In this document: positions 37,436 to 47,718 of the stretch, piece after piece
How positions within the stretch are numbered: position 1 is the stretch's first letter
How the letters are laid out: every line of letters starts with the position of its first letter
Assembly (NCBI GenBank): GCA_049694315.1
Contig: JBAVQU010000021.1
Span: forward strand, 20,372 to 84,371
Direction of reading: 5' to 3'
DNA: 64,000 bases
From: Candidatus Zixiibacteriota bacterium
GTDB lineage: Bacteria > Zixibacteria > MSB-5A5 > SM1-73
Program-made: the position numbers and the translations under genes
Notes under the pieces: model-generated
What the model was told of the DNA's origin: nothing
The model's database searches: none
Seen by the model: only the letters and a program-made list of their open reading frames with translations

Positions 37436-39355
37436 TCATACTCCCGAACTCGCTTTTGGGGTTTGAGCTTTTTTCGCAACCCTTGTTGGCCTTACCAGCT
37501 TCCTGACCGTCTGGACGATGCCCTCCTTACTCAAGCCCAAAATATCCAGAAGCTGGTTCCTCGAACCGTGCTGGATGAACTCGTCCGGAATACCCATCCG
37601 CTTGATCGTCACCTGGTTGAGAGCCTGGGACTCGGCAAACTCCAACACTGCAGATCCAAATCCACCCAAAAGCGCATTGTCCTCTACGGTAACGACCTTA
37701 TCGAATTCCCGCAACAGCGAAGTCAACATCTCTTCGTCCAACGGCTTGATGAACCGCGCGTTCACCACCTCCGCGTCTATCCCCTCATTCTGCAACTCAT
37801 ATGATGCCTGCGTGGCCGAATAAACCAAAGATCCTACCGCCAGAATTGCGACATCCTTCCCCTTTTTCAGCCTCTCCCAGCTTCCTATGGGTATGGGAGA
37901 AAACTCGTCTGTTACCGAATCGGGAATCTTCGTCCGGGGATACCGGATGGCCACCGGACCGTTTCCCCAGTTGACCGCGGTCTGAAGCATGTTTTTCAAT
38001 TCATTCCCGTCCTTCGGTGCCATCACCACCCAATTGGGAATCTGTCTGAGATAGCTTAAGTCGAAGACTCCATTATGGGTGGGACCATCTGCGCCCACTA
38101 CTCCGGCCCGGTCTATGGCCAGAATCACGGGTAAATTCTGCAGGGCGATGTCGTGAATCACCTGATCAAAGGCCCTCTGAAGAAACGTGGAGTATACGGC
38201 GAATACTGGTTTAAGACCCTGGGCGGCAAGTCCCGAGGCAAAACTGACGCCGTGTTGCTCGGCGATTCCTACGTCATAGAATCTCTGGGGAAAGGCTTTG
38301 GCAAAATCCATAAGCCCCGTGCCCAGGGTCATGGCTGCAGTAATCGCCACGATTCTCTCATCACTTGAGGCCAATTTGACCAACGTGCTTCCGAATACGT
38401 CTGTGTAAGTCATCTCTCCCGGATCACCGTTGGAGTCTCCACTCACTTTGTCAAAAGCGCCGATGCCGTGAAAGCGGGGAGCATCTTCTTCCGCATATTT
38501 GTAACCTTTCCCTTTCCTGGTTACGACGTGAAGCAAAATTGGTCCGTTTAAGGTCTTGAGCTGTTCCAGGATTTTGATCAATCCCCTAATGTCATGACCA
38601 TCCACCGGACCAAAATACCGGAATCCCAGTTTCTCAAAGAGGCTGCCTGGCACCAAGAATCCTTTGATTCCTTCTTCCACCTTAGCCACCATGGCCCTTA
38701 TCTTATCCCGTCTTTTGAACTTCCCCACCAGATCCCAGACCTCCGACTTAAGCTTGTTGTATTTTTCGTCGGTCAGAACGTCCGTCAGATATCGGGATAA
38801 AGCTCCCACATTCTTGGAGATAGACATCCTGTTGTCATTTAAGATCACGATTAAGTTCTTGCCTGAAGCCCCGGCATTATTCAGCCCCTCAAATGCCAGG
38901 CCGCCAGTCAAGGCACCGTCGCCGACGATGGCGATCACCGAGAATTTCTCTCCCTGGTGGTCTCGAGCACAGGCAATTCCCAAAGCAGAAGAGATGGAAG
39001 TGGAGGCATGCCCCACGCTAAAGACGTCATGCTCGCTTTCGGACCTCGAGGGAAAACCACTCAAGCCTTCGTATTCTCTCAAGGTCTGAAATCTATCCTT
39101 TCGTCCGGTGAGGAGCTTGTGCGCATAACACTGATGCCCCACGTCCCAGACGATCTTATCCTGGGGGGAGTCAAAAACCCGGTGGAGGGCTAACACCAGC
39201 TCCACCGCTCCTAAGTTGGAGGCTAAATGTCCTCCGTTCCTGGAGACCACGGTGATGATCCTGTCTCTGATCTCCTCTGCTAACTCACCCAATTTGTCGA
39301 CGGGAACGTTCTTCAGATCTTGAGGAGAGTTTACTAAGTCCAGCCACTTGGTCAT
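37436..39355 (-). CDS. dxs: 1-deoxy-D-xylulose-5-phosphate synthase
   Basis: Reads GGHLASNLGAVELVLALHRVFDSPQDKIVWDVGHQCYAHKLLTGR and has a TPP-binding GDG motif; it is 639 aa. Confidence 0.9.
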   Translation of the reverse strand: MTKWLDLVNSPQDLKNVPVDKLGELAEEIRDRIITVVSRNGGHLASNLGAVELVLALHRVFDSPQDKIVWDVGHQCYAHKLLTGRKDRFQTLREYEGLSGFPSRSESEHDVFSVGHASTSISSALGIACARDHQGEKFSVIAIVGDGALTGGLAFEGLNNAGASGKNLIVILNDNRMSISKNVGALSRYLTDVLTDEKYNKLKSEVWDLVGKFKRRDKIRAMVAKVEEGIKGFLVPGSLFEKLGFRYFGPVDGHDIRGLIKILEQLKTLNGPILLHVVTRKGKGYKYAEEDAPRFHGIGAFDKVSGDSNGDPGEMTYTDVFGSTLVKLASSDERIVAITAAMTLGTGLMDFAKAFPQRFYDVGIAEQHGVSFASGLAAQGLKPVFAVYSTFLQRAFDQVIHDIALQNLPVILAIDRAGVVGADGPTHNGVFDLSYLRQIPNWVVMAPKDGNELKNMLQTAVNWGNGPVAIRYPRTKIPDSVTDEFSPIPIGSWERLKKGKDVAILAVGSLVYSATQASYELQNEGIDAEVVNARFIKPLDEEMLTSLLREFDKVVTVEDNALLGGFGSAVLEFAESQALNQVTIKRMGIPDEFIQHGSRNQLLDILGLSKEGIVQTVRKLVRPTRVAKKAQTPKASSGV

Positions 39356-39364
39356 TCTGACCCC

Positions 39365-40456
39365 CTAAAAGCTTCGTGAGATCATGAAATCCGCCCAAGC
39401 CAATAGCAGCTTCTTATGGTGCGAGTCCGGCAGGACGTCAAGCTCCGGACGAGCCTCTTGGATGATTCGCTCGGCCATCCGCTTGGTCTCCGATATTCCG
39501 CCCAACTGAATCAGAAGCTGAGTGATTTCGCCCACCTCTTCTTCAGTCGCTTCTGGTTTGCCCAATACACTCTGCAGCTTAGCCTTCTGTTTGGGGGAAG
39601 CATTCCTGAAGGCATAGTAGATGATGGTGGTGCGCTTCCCCTCCCGAATGTCGGATCCCACCGGTTTACCCAACCGCTTTTCGTCGCCCACAATGCCCAG
39701 AATGTCGTCCTGCAATTGGAAAGCGGTGCCGCATTTGCTGGTGAAGCTGGATATGCCGACGATTCTCTTGTCGTCAGCCTCGGTCGTAGCCAATCCGATC
39801 ATGGCGCCAGCCTTGGCGGAGTATTCATACAGAGCGCCGGTTTTCCGCCACAGCATATCTAATATCGTTTCCGGCTCGAAGGATTCGACGGCCTGTCTGG
39901 AGAATTGGATGTCCAGAGTCTCGCCGGAAACTAAGGTGTTAAGCACGTATGATTCAAGCATCCGAATCAAGGTCAGGGTAACTTCGGGTCTGACGTTTCC
40001 CTTCAGGGAGCAATCGCACAGAAGGCTCACTGCCCATCCCTGTTGAACGTCGCCGGCGAGAATGGCAATGTCCCGGCCATAGTCTTTCGCCTGATTCTCG
40101 GTGTAGTTCATCTGCTGCCGGGCAATCATGGATGATTGGGCATGAACCGTATACCCGCCCCTTCTCCTTTCGTCATTGTCGATCAGATCGTCGTGCACCA
40201 GAGTCCAGGTGTGGAACATCTCCACTGCCGCGGCGGCCGGGATCGCCTCCTCTTCTTTGCCTCCTACCGCTCCGCAGGATAAAAGCAGAAGCGCCGGGCG
40301 CAGACGCTTTCCCGCGCGGTTGACGTAACTGTAGACTGCTTCTCTTAAGTGGGCCGGCTGAAACCACCTTTCGAACTCTTTTGATCTCAGATATGATGCT
40401 ACCCGTTTCTCTCGTTTTTCCAACTCCGCCAAGAGATCGACTGCCTGGGTTGCCAT
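39365..40456 (-). CDS. ispA: Polyprenyl diphosphate synthase, an IspA-like farnesyl/geranylgeranyl-PP synthase
   Basis: Has the first DDxxD (LVHDDLIDNDERRRG) and the second DD motif (FQLQDDILGIVGDEKRLGKPVGSDIREGKRT). Confidence 0.8.
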   Translation of the reverse strand: MATQAVDLLAELEKREKRVASYLRSKEFERWFQPAHLREAVYSYVNRAGKRLRPALLLLSCGAVGGKEEEAIPAAAAVEMFHTWTLVHDDLIDNDERRRGGYTVHAQSSMIARQQMNYTENQAKDYGRDIAILAGDVQQGWAVSLLCDCSLKGNVRPEVTLTLIRMLESYVLNTLVSGETLDIQFSRQAVESFEPETILDMLWRKTGALYEYSAKAGAMIGLATTEADDKRIVGISSFTSKCGTAFQLQDDILGIVGDEKRLGKPVGSDIREGKRTTIIYYAFRNASPKQKAKLQSVLGKPEATEEEVGEITQLLIQLGGISETKRMAERIIQEARPELDVLPDSHHKKLLLAWADFMISRSF

Positions 40457-40664
40457 CGTATTCCCCGTGCTGTATCAAACATCCAAAGAATCTAACCTAC
40501 TCATTGCAGGCGACTGGAAGGAGCGGAACCCTCCACCGAGATTGCCTTGTCGTCCCGCCAGAGGCGGCACTCTTCGCCATGATACTCCCCAAACACTCTC
40601 CCGGTGAAGAAAGCATAGCCTCGCAAGCCAAAAGACTAGGTTCTTCTCCACCCTCTACTGGAAA

Positions 40665-40964
40665 TCAGCCTTCTTCTTTCAAATCCAGCGGCTCAGTCTT
40701 GAATTCACTTTTAGCGGTCCTAACAAGTTTTTCTACTTTTTCTTCTGCCTGCGTCAACTTCTTCGTGCAAAAAGAAGAAAGCTCGACCCCTTCTTCAAAC
40801 TTCTTCACCGCCTCTTCCAAAGACAGCTCACCCTCCTCCAGCTCCAGCACAATCGCTTCCAGCCGGTTCAGTGCTTCTTCGAAGCTCTTCTCTTTTTTCT
40901 CCTTCGCAGATTTCTTGACCGTCAACCTCGCCTCTCCACAGCAATTTGAGATCCGCAGGTTCAT
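40665..40964 (-). CDS. xseB: Exodeoxyribonuclease VII small subunit
   Basis: Reads SFEEALNRLEAIVLELEEGELSLEEAVKKFEEGVELSSFCTKKL and has a 4-bp overlap with the xseA stop. Confidence 0.75.
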   Translation of the reverse strand: MNLRISNCCGEARLTVKKSAKEKKEKSFEEALNRLEAIVLELEEGELSLEEAVKKFEEGVELSSFCTKKLTQAEEKVEKLVRTAKSEFKTEPLDLKEEG

Positions 40965-42163
40965 TCCGAATCGACCAGCTCGACCTTCGACTCGATTCTT
41001 CCTTGGAAGAACTTCACCTCTATTAGATCATCTGCCTTCACCATTTTAGCTTCTTTGATTATCGCTAATTCAGGCAGTTTCCGGGCAATGGAATATCCTC
41101 TTTTCAGGACTGACGAAGGTGATAGGGCCTTAAGCTTCTCTTTCAGTAAAGATACGGCATTTGATTTCATTTCAAAGTAGTTTCTTGCACCGTCCGAAAG
41201 CTGCCTGGTCAGCTCGTCCGCCTCTTGGGACCGTTGAGTGATGATGTCCAACGGTCGTCTGAAACCGTAGCTTTCTTTCATGGCTGATAGCCGCTGCTGG
41301 GAGAACTCCAGCCGCGACTTCAAGGATGAGGCCAACCTCTTGATTTCGGCCTTTATCTCCTCCAAAAGCTCATCTCTATTCTGCACCAGCATCTGTGCGG
41401 CCGCAGAAGGGGTGGGCGCTCTTAAGTCCGCAACGAAATCCGAGATGGTGAAATCGATCTCGTGCCCCACGGCCGAGATCACCGGGATTTTCGAATCATA
41501 GATTGCTCTGGCCACCACTTCTTCGTTGAAAGCCCAGAGGTCCTCAAGAGAACCTCCTCCCCGGCCTACGATCATGACCTCGATTTTCTTATACCGGTTG
41601 AACTCTTTGATCGCCTCCGCAATCTCTTCTGCTGCACCCTCCCCTTGAACCCGCACCGGATTCACTATTATTTTTACGCTGGGAAAACGAGTATGGATGA
41701 CTCGAATTATGTCTCGGATTGCGGCGCCGGTGGGAGAGGTGACCACTCCGATAACCTCCGGGAACCGCGGAATGGGCTTTTTATGCTCCTCATTGAATAG
41801 CCCTTCTTCGGAAAGCTTCTCCTTCAGTCTTTGAAAGGCTATCTCCAGTCTGCCCAGACCGGCCGGCACCACATCAATCACGTCCAATTGATATTGCCCG
41901 TTTCTTTCATAGACGGACACACTGCCCAGCACAATGATTCTCATCCCGTCTTCCGGCTCAAAGTGCAGTCTCTCACCGCGAAATCTCCACAGGGTGCACC
42001 GGATCTGGGCCTTCTCGTCTTTTAAGGTGAAATACCGATGACCGGAGGAATGAAGAAGATAGTTGGAGATTTCCCCTTCCACCCACACATTGGGGAAATT
42101 CTGCTCAAGCAGGTCCTTTATCTCTCTGGTGATCTCCGTTACTGTGTAGATCTTTTCTCGCAT
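40961..42163 (-). CDS. xseA: Exodeoxyribonuclease VII large subunit
   Basis: Has an OB-fold N-terminus (MREKIYTVTEITREIKDLLEQNFPNVWVEGEISN) and a central catalytic region; the start is taken at MREK. Confidence 0.85.
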   Translation of the reverse strand: MREKIYTVTEITREIKDLLEQNFPNVWVEGEISNYLLHSSGHRYFTLKDEKAQIRCTLWRFRGERLHFEPEDGMRIIVLGSVSVYERNGQYQLDVIDVVPAGLGRLEIAFQRLKEKLSEEGLFNEEHKKPIPRFPEVIGVVTSPTGAAIRDIIRVIHTRFPSVKIIVNPVRVQGEGAAEEIAEAIKEFNRYKKIEVMIVGRGGGSLEDLWAFNEEVVARAIYDSKIPVISAVGHEIDFTISDFVADLRAPTPSAAAQMLVQNRDELLEEIKAEIKRLASSLKSRLEFSQQRLSAMKESYGFRRPLDIITQRSQEADELTRQLSDGARNYFEMKSNAVSLLKEKLKALSPSSVLKRGYSIARKLPELAIIKEAKMVKADDLIEVKFFQGRIESKVELVDSE

Positions 42164-42327
42164 GCTTGTCAGAATGATTCCTGTTTGAGAAATCAGGATA
42201 AACCTCTTGATCCTGGTTTTTCCTAACTTAAGCCCCCTTTTTTCGTGTTCACGTAAGAATATATGCTCGCGGAAAACGGATGTCAAACAATATGTCTGCC
42301 TCGACTTTCCGGCGAATGTTCATCAAC

Positions 42328-43047
42328 TCAACGATCGCCCGTCGCCGTGGCTATTAGTCCATCCAACAACATGCAATCGCGGCAGGCTTCGCTCCCCGGA
42401 GGCGCTAAATCGAGATCGTGGATCATCCTTACCTTCTTCAGAAGAGGGGGAATCTTCTGCTCCGGACTGAGTTTGAGCTGAAGAATGTGCCCGGCAAAGC
42501 CCATGAAAAATCCATCCTCTCTTAAGACGGAATCAAGTTCATCCTGTTCCAGATCAGTCTGAGGCTCCATGTAAACCAAAGCGATGCCGGAGACCGGATC
42601 AAATCCCTGCCGCTTTCCGATGTAAGCATAGGCGTTGAGCTGGATGTCGTACATGGGAAGCAGGCTATCCTGTGTTTGTGTGAATTTCGAGGTCTTATAG
42701 TCTACTATGAAGTACGAGCCGTCATCTTTCTTGAAGATCTCATCGGGCATGCCATTCAAAACGATGTTAGTCTGCTCATCAACTACCTTGAACTTAGAAT
42801 GATGAGGAACTTTCACTGGTTCACCCAGATCTCCCAACTCTGTCAGCCATGATGGCGGTTTTTGGTAGCGGGCGAAGTGAGCACCAGTCACTTTCTTGGT
42901 GTAGGAGTCGATGGAGCTGAATATCCCCGGAAAAATCTGGAAGGGAAGCTTATTCGCGCAGTGCATTTTGATCCAAAAACACCTAGGGCAGAAATTGGGT
43001 AGTGCTAACGCCCCCAGCTCCTTGGCTGAGATTTTTATCGGTTCCAT
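42328..43047 (-). CDS. PD-(D/E)XK nuclease of the RecB/Cas4-like family with an N-terminal CxxC and a C-terminal CxxC (probable Fe-S cluster)
   Basis: Carries GMPDEI, FIVDYKTS (D..D/E-x-K) and QLNAYAY (the RecB-family Q/Y motif). It has a Cys pair CPRC near the N-terminus and CRDC near the C-terminus. Confidence 0.5.
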   Translation of the reverse strand: MEPIKISAKELGALALPNFCPRCFWIKMHCANKLPFQIFPGIFSSIDSYTKKVTGAHFARYQKPPSWLTELGDLGEPVKVPHHSKFKVVDEQTNIVLNGMPDEIFKKDDGSYFIVDYKTSKFTQTQDSLLPMYDIQLNAYAYIGKRQGFDPVSGIALVYMEPQTDLEQDELDSVLREDGFFMGFAGHILQLKLSPEQKIPPLLKKVRMIHDLDLAPPGSEACRDCMLLDGLIATATGDR

Positions 43048-43094
43048 TTTTGCTCCCTTCGGTTATCAGTCGGTATGAATGAACAAAAAGAAAG

Positions 43095-43150
43095 ACTTCA
43101 GTCGGATCCTATCTCACTCCCTCTATTCTCCTCTTCATGATATGGAGAGG
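43095..43150. repeat. Second copy of the nested palindromic element (see 22036-22092)
   Basis: Reads ctcactccctctattctcctcttcatgatatggagagggggagtaaggagag. Confidence 0.55.
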
Positions 43151-43169
43151 GGGAGTAAGGAGAGAAGTT

Positions 43170-43682
43170 TCAAGAATTGCATTCCTTTTTCGAAACGAAA
43201 AATCTTAAGTATCTTTCTCCCTTGGGGGTTATTTGATAATACGTGTGATTGCGATGTTTGATCCACTTGTTATCTACTATTCCTTTTCGATATTGGATCA
43301 TCACCGGCTCGACGCGCTTCAGCAGTTTCAGTTCTTTCAGTTTCTTATGGCGCTCAAAAACCTGCTCTGGCTCGATATTCAGAGCGCCAGCCACCACCCA
43401 GGCGTAATCCACGCCCACCGCTTGGTGATGCCGGAGGATGCGAAAGTCGAGTTCATCCAGTTCATAATAATCCTTCTCCGGCTCATCCTCCTTCTTCTCT
43501 AATATCTCTTCCCAGGAGAGGGAAAAGAGCCTCTCAGGTTCAATCTTCTTCAGGTTGTCACAAGAAGCCTGGTGAACTACGAGCACATGGTTATAACTGT
43601 AATATCCCTTAATAGTGTCATCGGGATGAGGGGAACAGCACCGGGCTATCTTATAGCCTTCTTTCAGTCCCAGATCGCTCAC
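43170..43682 (-). CDS. Small protein combining a RelA/SpoT-type zinc-finger (CC/ZFD) motif with a C-terminal winged-helix-like region
   Basis: The N-terminal ARCCSPHPDDTIKGYYSYNHVLVVHQASCDNL aligns with the Rel ZFD signature AKCCxPxPGDxIVGxxxxGRGIxxHRxDCxN. The C-terminal part (LDELDFRILRHH...ITPKGERYL) looks like an Lrp/MarR-type wHTH. Confidence 0.45.
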   Translation of the reverse strand: MSDLGLKEGYKIARCCSPHPDDTIKGYYSYNHVLVVHQASCDNLKKIEPERLFSLSWEEILEKKEDEPEKDYYELDELDFRILRHHQAVGVDYAWVVAGALNIEPEQVFERHKKLKELKLLKRVEPVMIQYRKGIVDNKWIKHRNHTYYQITPKGERYLRFFVSKKECNS

Positions 43683-43867
43683 TGATATATACTCTCTCCA
43701 AGTGATCCCACCATAGAATAGCCAAATTCTCGCCTATGTCAAGCTCATCTTGCGATACTACTTGGGAAACCGAACCAGCAGGGGATTTCTGGGGTGTCAA
43801 GCTTCAGCTTGACCTGGGTGCGCCTGCCGGGTGAGTTGGTCTTGCGTGGAGGAAAAAGAAGAATATC

Positions 43868-43887
43868 CGTTTGGTTCACCTTAAGGT
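43868..43887. promoter_or_regulatory. Perfect 20-bp palindrome GGTTCACCTTAAGGTGAACC, a candidate operator about 190 bp upstream of the ZFD-wHTH gene
   Basis: It is an exact reverse-complement palindrome centred on TTAA, lying in the intergenic region between folD and the 43170..43682 gene. Confidence 0.35.
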
Positions 43888-44030
43888 GAACACTCCAAAT
43901 GCCGTCAAGCTATTGTGACGCCCGGTGCTTCAAGGAGCGCCCCTGTTCGATTTTCCATGTCTTCCGAAGCCATAAAGGCTCGGCTGCGCGTGGCGGAGGT
44001 TTTACACCTCCGCAAATCCGTTTTATCCGT

Positions 44031-44927
44031 TCAATCCGCTGACCGGAGTTCGCAAGCCCTAACCGTGTTGGAAAGAAGCATGGCGATGGTCATCGGTCCC
44101 ACGCCACCCGGGACCGGAGTGATGGCCCCGGCAATCTGGCTGACTGAATCGAAATCCACGTCTCCCACCAGTCTATGCCCGGACTTGGTCGACGGATCTT
44201 CTATGCGGTTGGTCCCGACATCAATCACCACCACGCCGGGTTTGACCATATCTTTAGTGACAAACTTTGCTTTCCCCATCGCCGCGATCAGGATGTCTGC
44301 CTGTCGGGTGATATTGGCCAAATCCTTAGTAGCGGTGTGACAAATGGTGACCGTAGCATTGGCCCCTTGGGCTTTCTGAAACAACATCATGGCAAGCGGT
44401 TTCCCCACCAGGCTGCCTCTGCCCAATATCACCACGTGCTTTCCCGAAGGATCATGTCCTGACCTCACCAGGAGTTCCTGTATGCCCAGCGGAGTGCAAG
44501 GTAAGAAAGCCGGCTTGCCCGCCACCATCATTCCCACGTTGAACGGATGAAAACCGTCCACGTCTTTCTTTGGGTCGATGGCTAAGATGACCTTCTCCTC
44601 GCTTATCTGCTCTGGAGTGGGGAACTGGACCAAAATCCCGTGTATGGTCGGTTTTCGATTCAGCTCGTCGACCTTTTCCAGAAGCTCAGATTCGGGCAAT
44701 TCCTTGGGATATCTGTTGACCTCAGAGTAGATCCCCGCCTCTTCACAGGCTTTGATTTTCATATTCACGTAAACCTGCGAGGCCGGATTATCCCCTACTA
44801 AGACGGCTGCCAATCCGGGAACCCGCCCGTTCTCTTTGAGCCTTTTGATCTTCTCTTTCAGACCGTCTTTGATTTCTAAAGAAATCTTCTTACCGTCAAT
44901 CATCTCCGCCGGCATGGCAACTCCCAT
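44031..44927 (-). CDS. folD: Bifunctional methylenetetrahydrofolate dehydrogenase/cyclohydrolase
   Basis: Reads IDGKKIS...PGLAAVLVGDNPASQVYV..K.KACEE.GI and VVILGRGSLVGKPLAMML; the architecture is FolD-typical. Confidence 0.85.
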   Translation of the reverse strand: MGVAMPAEMIDGKKISLEIKDGLKEKIKRLKENGRVPGLAAVLVGDNPASQVYVNMKIKACEEAGIYSEVNRYPKELPESELLEKVDELNRKPTIHGILVQFPTPEQISEEKVILAIDPKKDVDGFHPFNVGMMVAGKPAFLPCTPLGIQELLVRSGHDPSGKHVVILGRGSLVGKPLAMMLFQKAQGANATVTICHTATKDLANITRQADILIAAMGKAKFVTKDMVKPGVVVIDVGTNRIEDPSTKSGHRLVGDVDFDSVSQIAGAITPVPGGVGPMTIAMLLSNTVRACELRSAD

Positions 44928-44950
44928 TCATACAGGCTTTTCTTTCGCTG

Positions 44951-45790
44951 TTAAAGCGCTCCTCTGTCGTCTTCCCTTTCTTCCTCTTCCGGCCGGGGCA
45001 CGTCTATTCTGATCCTCTCTGCTTTTGACGCTTTCCCGGTGTCCGGATCAAGTGTAATCAGCACCCCGGAGAATTTCACGTCCCTCTTGGCCAAAGTAAA
45101 GCGGCGGGGAATCTGCGTGAGAAAGCGACCGATGGCATCCTCTTTGGTTATCCCAATCACGGAATCGTGTGCACCGGTCATTCCGGCGTCGGTTATGTAG
45201 GCTGTCCCCTGTGGGAGCACAGTCTCATCTGCAGTCTGAACGTGAGTGTGACTTCCCAAGACGGCTGAAACCCTTCCATCCAGGTACCAACCCAAGGCCA
45301 CCTTCTCGGAGGTGGCTTCGGCGTGCACGTCCACTACGATGAAGTGTGTCTGCTCTCTCAGTTTTTCAGTTTCTATGTCCGCCACCCGAAAAGGGCACTC
45401 TATTTCCTTTATATAGACCCTCCCCTGTAGGTTCAAGACTCCGATCTTATGTCCGTTCTTAGACTCGAATATGGCCACTCCCCTTCCCGGTACTCCGGGC
45501 GGGTAATTGGCAGGTCTTAAAACGCGTTGGTCTTCGTTTAGGTAAGGGTAGATATCTTTTCGATCCCAGATGTGATTGCCGCTGGTAAGGCAATCGACGC
45601 CATAAGAGTGAATCTTCTTGGCTATCTCTTTGGTCAGGCCGAACCCGCCCGCCGCATTTTCGACATTGGCGATGGTGAAGTCTATCTGGTGAGTCTTCTT
45701 GATGTCGGGCAGAACCTGGGAGACTGCCCATCTCCCCGGCCTTCCCACGATGTCTGCAATAAACAGGATATTCAAATCACGCTTCCCCAA
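44951..45790 (-). CDS. ymdB: YmdB-family (TIGR00282) metallophosphoesterase
   Basis: Reads ILFIADIVGRPGR...ANVENAAGGFGLT...SGNHIWD...GSHTHVQTADE. It is adjacent to rny, as in Bacillus. Confidence 0.8.
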   Translation of the reverse strand: MGKRDLNILFIADIVGRPGRWAVSQVLPDIKKTHQIDFTIANVENAAGGFGLTKEIAKKIHSYGVDCLTSGNHIWDRKDIYPYLNEDQRVLRPANYPPGVPGRGVAIFESKNGHKIGVLNLQGRVYIKEIECPFRVADIETEKLREQTHFIVVDVHAEATSEKVALGWYLDGRVSAVLGSHTHVQTADETVLPQGTAYITDAGMTGAHDSVIGITKEDAIGRFLTQIPRRFTLAKRDVKFSGVLITLDPDTGKASKAERIRIDVPRPEEEEREDDRGAL

Positions 45791-46155
45791 GACTTGGTTT
45801 CAAAAGGGTCTACTGCCCTCGAGATGACGATGCCTGCAAAAAACCGAGAAATCAATCTTGTCGATCTTGACAGGTAAGCGTCATGCCGGCCCGGAGCATT
45901 CCCATGACAGGACACCTTCTCCGGCAGGCGAGAGTAGTAGCAGACGCCGACCACAAAGGATAGCGGGGTTATGGTCATGGCCACAGCTTCATTTCTTCTC
46001 ATCTAATGCCACTTTCCATCCGATCTAGCTGCGAGGCGTCGGTCCAGCGTCCCGGTATCCAATTCAGGTCGGGCAATGGTCCAACCAGAATAGATCGGCA
46101 TCGGCCAACACCAGATAACCCCCGACGACACTATCCTCGTGGCGATCGCCTTTTC

Positions 46156-47718
46156 TTACTTCGCATATTCAACTGCCCTGGTCTCGCGGATCACGGTGAC
46201 TTTGATTTGTCCGGGATACTCCAGCTCAGCCTCGATCTTCTTTGCCATCTCCGCCGCCAGCTCTAATGCGCCCTGGTCATCAATCCGCTCGTGCTCCACG
46301 ATGACCCTGATCTCCCTTCCGGCCTGTATGGCATACGACTTGGCCACGCCCTTGAAGGAATCAGCCAACTCTTCTAATTTCTCCAGTCTCTTGATGTATC
46401 CTTCCAAAGTCTCGCGCCGGGCACCCGGTCTGGCGCCGGAGATGGCGTCAGCCGCTTGCACCAGGACAGAATAAGCCGACTCGGAGATCACGTCTTCGTG
46501 GTGGGAAGCGATGGCATTTAAAACCATCGGATTCTCTCCGTACTTCTGGGCTACGTTATACCCTATCTGGGTGTGCGTCCCCTCCGTCTCCCGGTCTACT
46601 GCCTTACCGATGTCGTGCAGTAGGCCGGCCCGCTTGGCTAAGTTGGAGTCCAAGCCCAGCTCCGCCGCCATCAATCCGGACAAAAACGCCACCTCCTTGC
46701 TGTGCTGCAGGACGTTCTGACCATAGCTGGTGCGGAACTGAAGCTTGCCTAAGAGTTTCACCAGCTCGGGATGTACTCCGTGTATGCCCACGTCGAAAGA
46801 GGCCTGCTCCCCGGTCTCGCGTATGATGACTTCCATCTCTTTTTCCGCCTTGGTTACCACCTCCTCGATCCGCGCCGGGTGAATTCTGCCGTCGGTGGTC
46901 AGCTTTTCCAAGGCCATCCGGGCGATCTCTCGTCTTATGGGATCATAGCCCGAAAGTATCACCGCCTCCGGCGTATCGTCCACGATCACGTCGATGCCGG
47001 TGGCAGTCTCAAAAGAGCGAATGTTCCTCCCCTCTCTTCCGATGATCCGGCCTTTCATCTCGTCATTGGGAAGACTCACCACCGATACCGTAGACTCCAC
47101 GGTATGATCGGCGGCACACCTCTGAATGGCGGAGATGATGATATTCTTAGCCTCCTTTTCGGCGGTTTGCTCCGCCTGTTCCTTGATTTCCTTGATGAAC
47201 TGAGCGGCCTCCTGCCGAGCCTGGCTTTCCAAATTCTCCATCAAGAGCTTCTTGGCCTCCTCCGAGGTCATCTGGGCTATCTTTTCTAACTGTTTGTTCT
47301 GATCGGCGATCAACCGATCCAGCTCGTCGCTTTTGGTCCGGACCGCCTTCTCTCTGGCAAACAGTATCTTCTCCCGGTTCTGGACGTCTCTCTCTTTCTT
47401 ACCGAGTATGTCTACCTTGCGGTCTAAGTGGATCTCCCGCTCCGAGAGCCTTTTTTCCAGCCGTCCGAATTCGGCTTTCTTGATTTGAAGCTCTTTCTCG
47501 AAGTTGACTTTCGCCTTATACCACTCGTCCTTGGCCTCTAAGACGGCCTCCTTCTTCTTGATCTCCGATTCTTTCTCCGCCTCTTCTATGATCTTCTTCG
47601 CCAGTTCGTCGGCCTTGCCTAACTTCATCTGGCCTATTCTGCGGCTGATGAACCATCCCAAAAAGAAGGCCACAACCACCGCGCCTGAGGCAATGGCAAT
47701 AAGCATCCAGTTGCTCAT
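46156..47718 (-). CDS. rny: Ribonuclease Y
   Basis: Has an N-terminal TM, a long coiled coil, a KH domain ([15 protein letters not shown]) and an HD domain (HSKEVAFL...LLHDIGK). Confidence 0.9.
   Translation of the reverse strand: MSNWMLIAIASGAVVVAFFLGWFISRRIGQMKLGKADELAKKIIEEAEKESEIKKKEAVLEAKDEWYKAKVNFEKELQIKKAEFGRLEKRLSEREIHLDRKVDILGKKERDVQNREKILFAREKAVRTKSDELDRLIADQNKQLEKIAQMTSEEAKKLLMENLESQARQEAAQFIKEIKEQAEQTAEKEAKNIIISAIQRCAADHTVESTVSVVSLPNDEMKGRIIGREGRNIRSFETATGIDVIVDDTPEAVILSGYDPIRREIARMALEKLTTDGRIHPARIEEVVTKAEKEMEVIIRETGEQASFDVGIHGVHPELVKLLGKLQFRTSYGQNVLQHSKEVAFLSGLMAAELGLDSNLAKRAGLLHDIGKAVDRETEGTHTQIGYNVAQKYGENPMVLNAIASHHEDVISESAYSVLVQAADAISGARPGARRETLEGYIKRLEKLEELADSFKGVAKSYAIQAGREIRVIVEHERIDDQGALELAAEMAKKIEAELEYPGQIKVTVIRETRAVEYAK

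Noticed and set aside
43915-44340. Plus-strand 141-aa ORF overlapping folD
   Set aside because: It is antisense to a strongly supported folD reading frame and has no homology signal.
45791-46155. Small protein gene (76 aa, 45772..46002) or ncRNA between ymdB and rny
   Set aside because: The ORF overlaps the ymdB start and has no motif. The gap more likely carries the ymdB promoter or the rny terminator; it was left unannotated.
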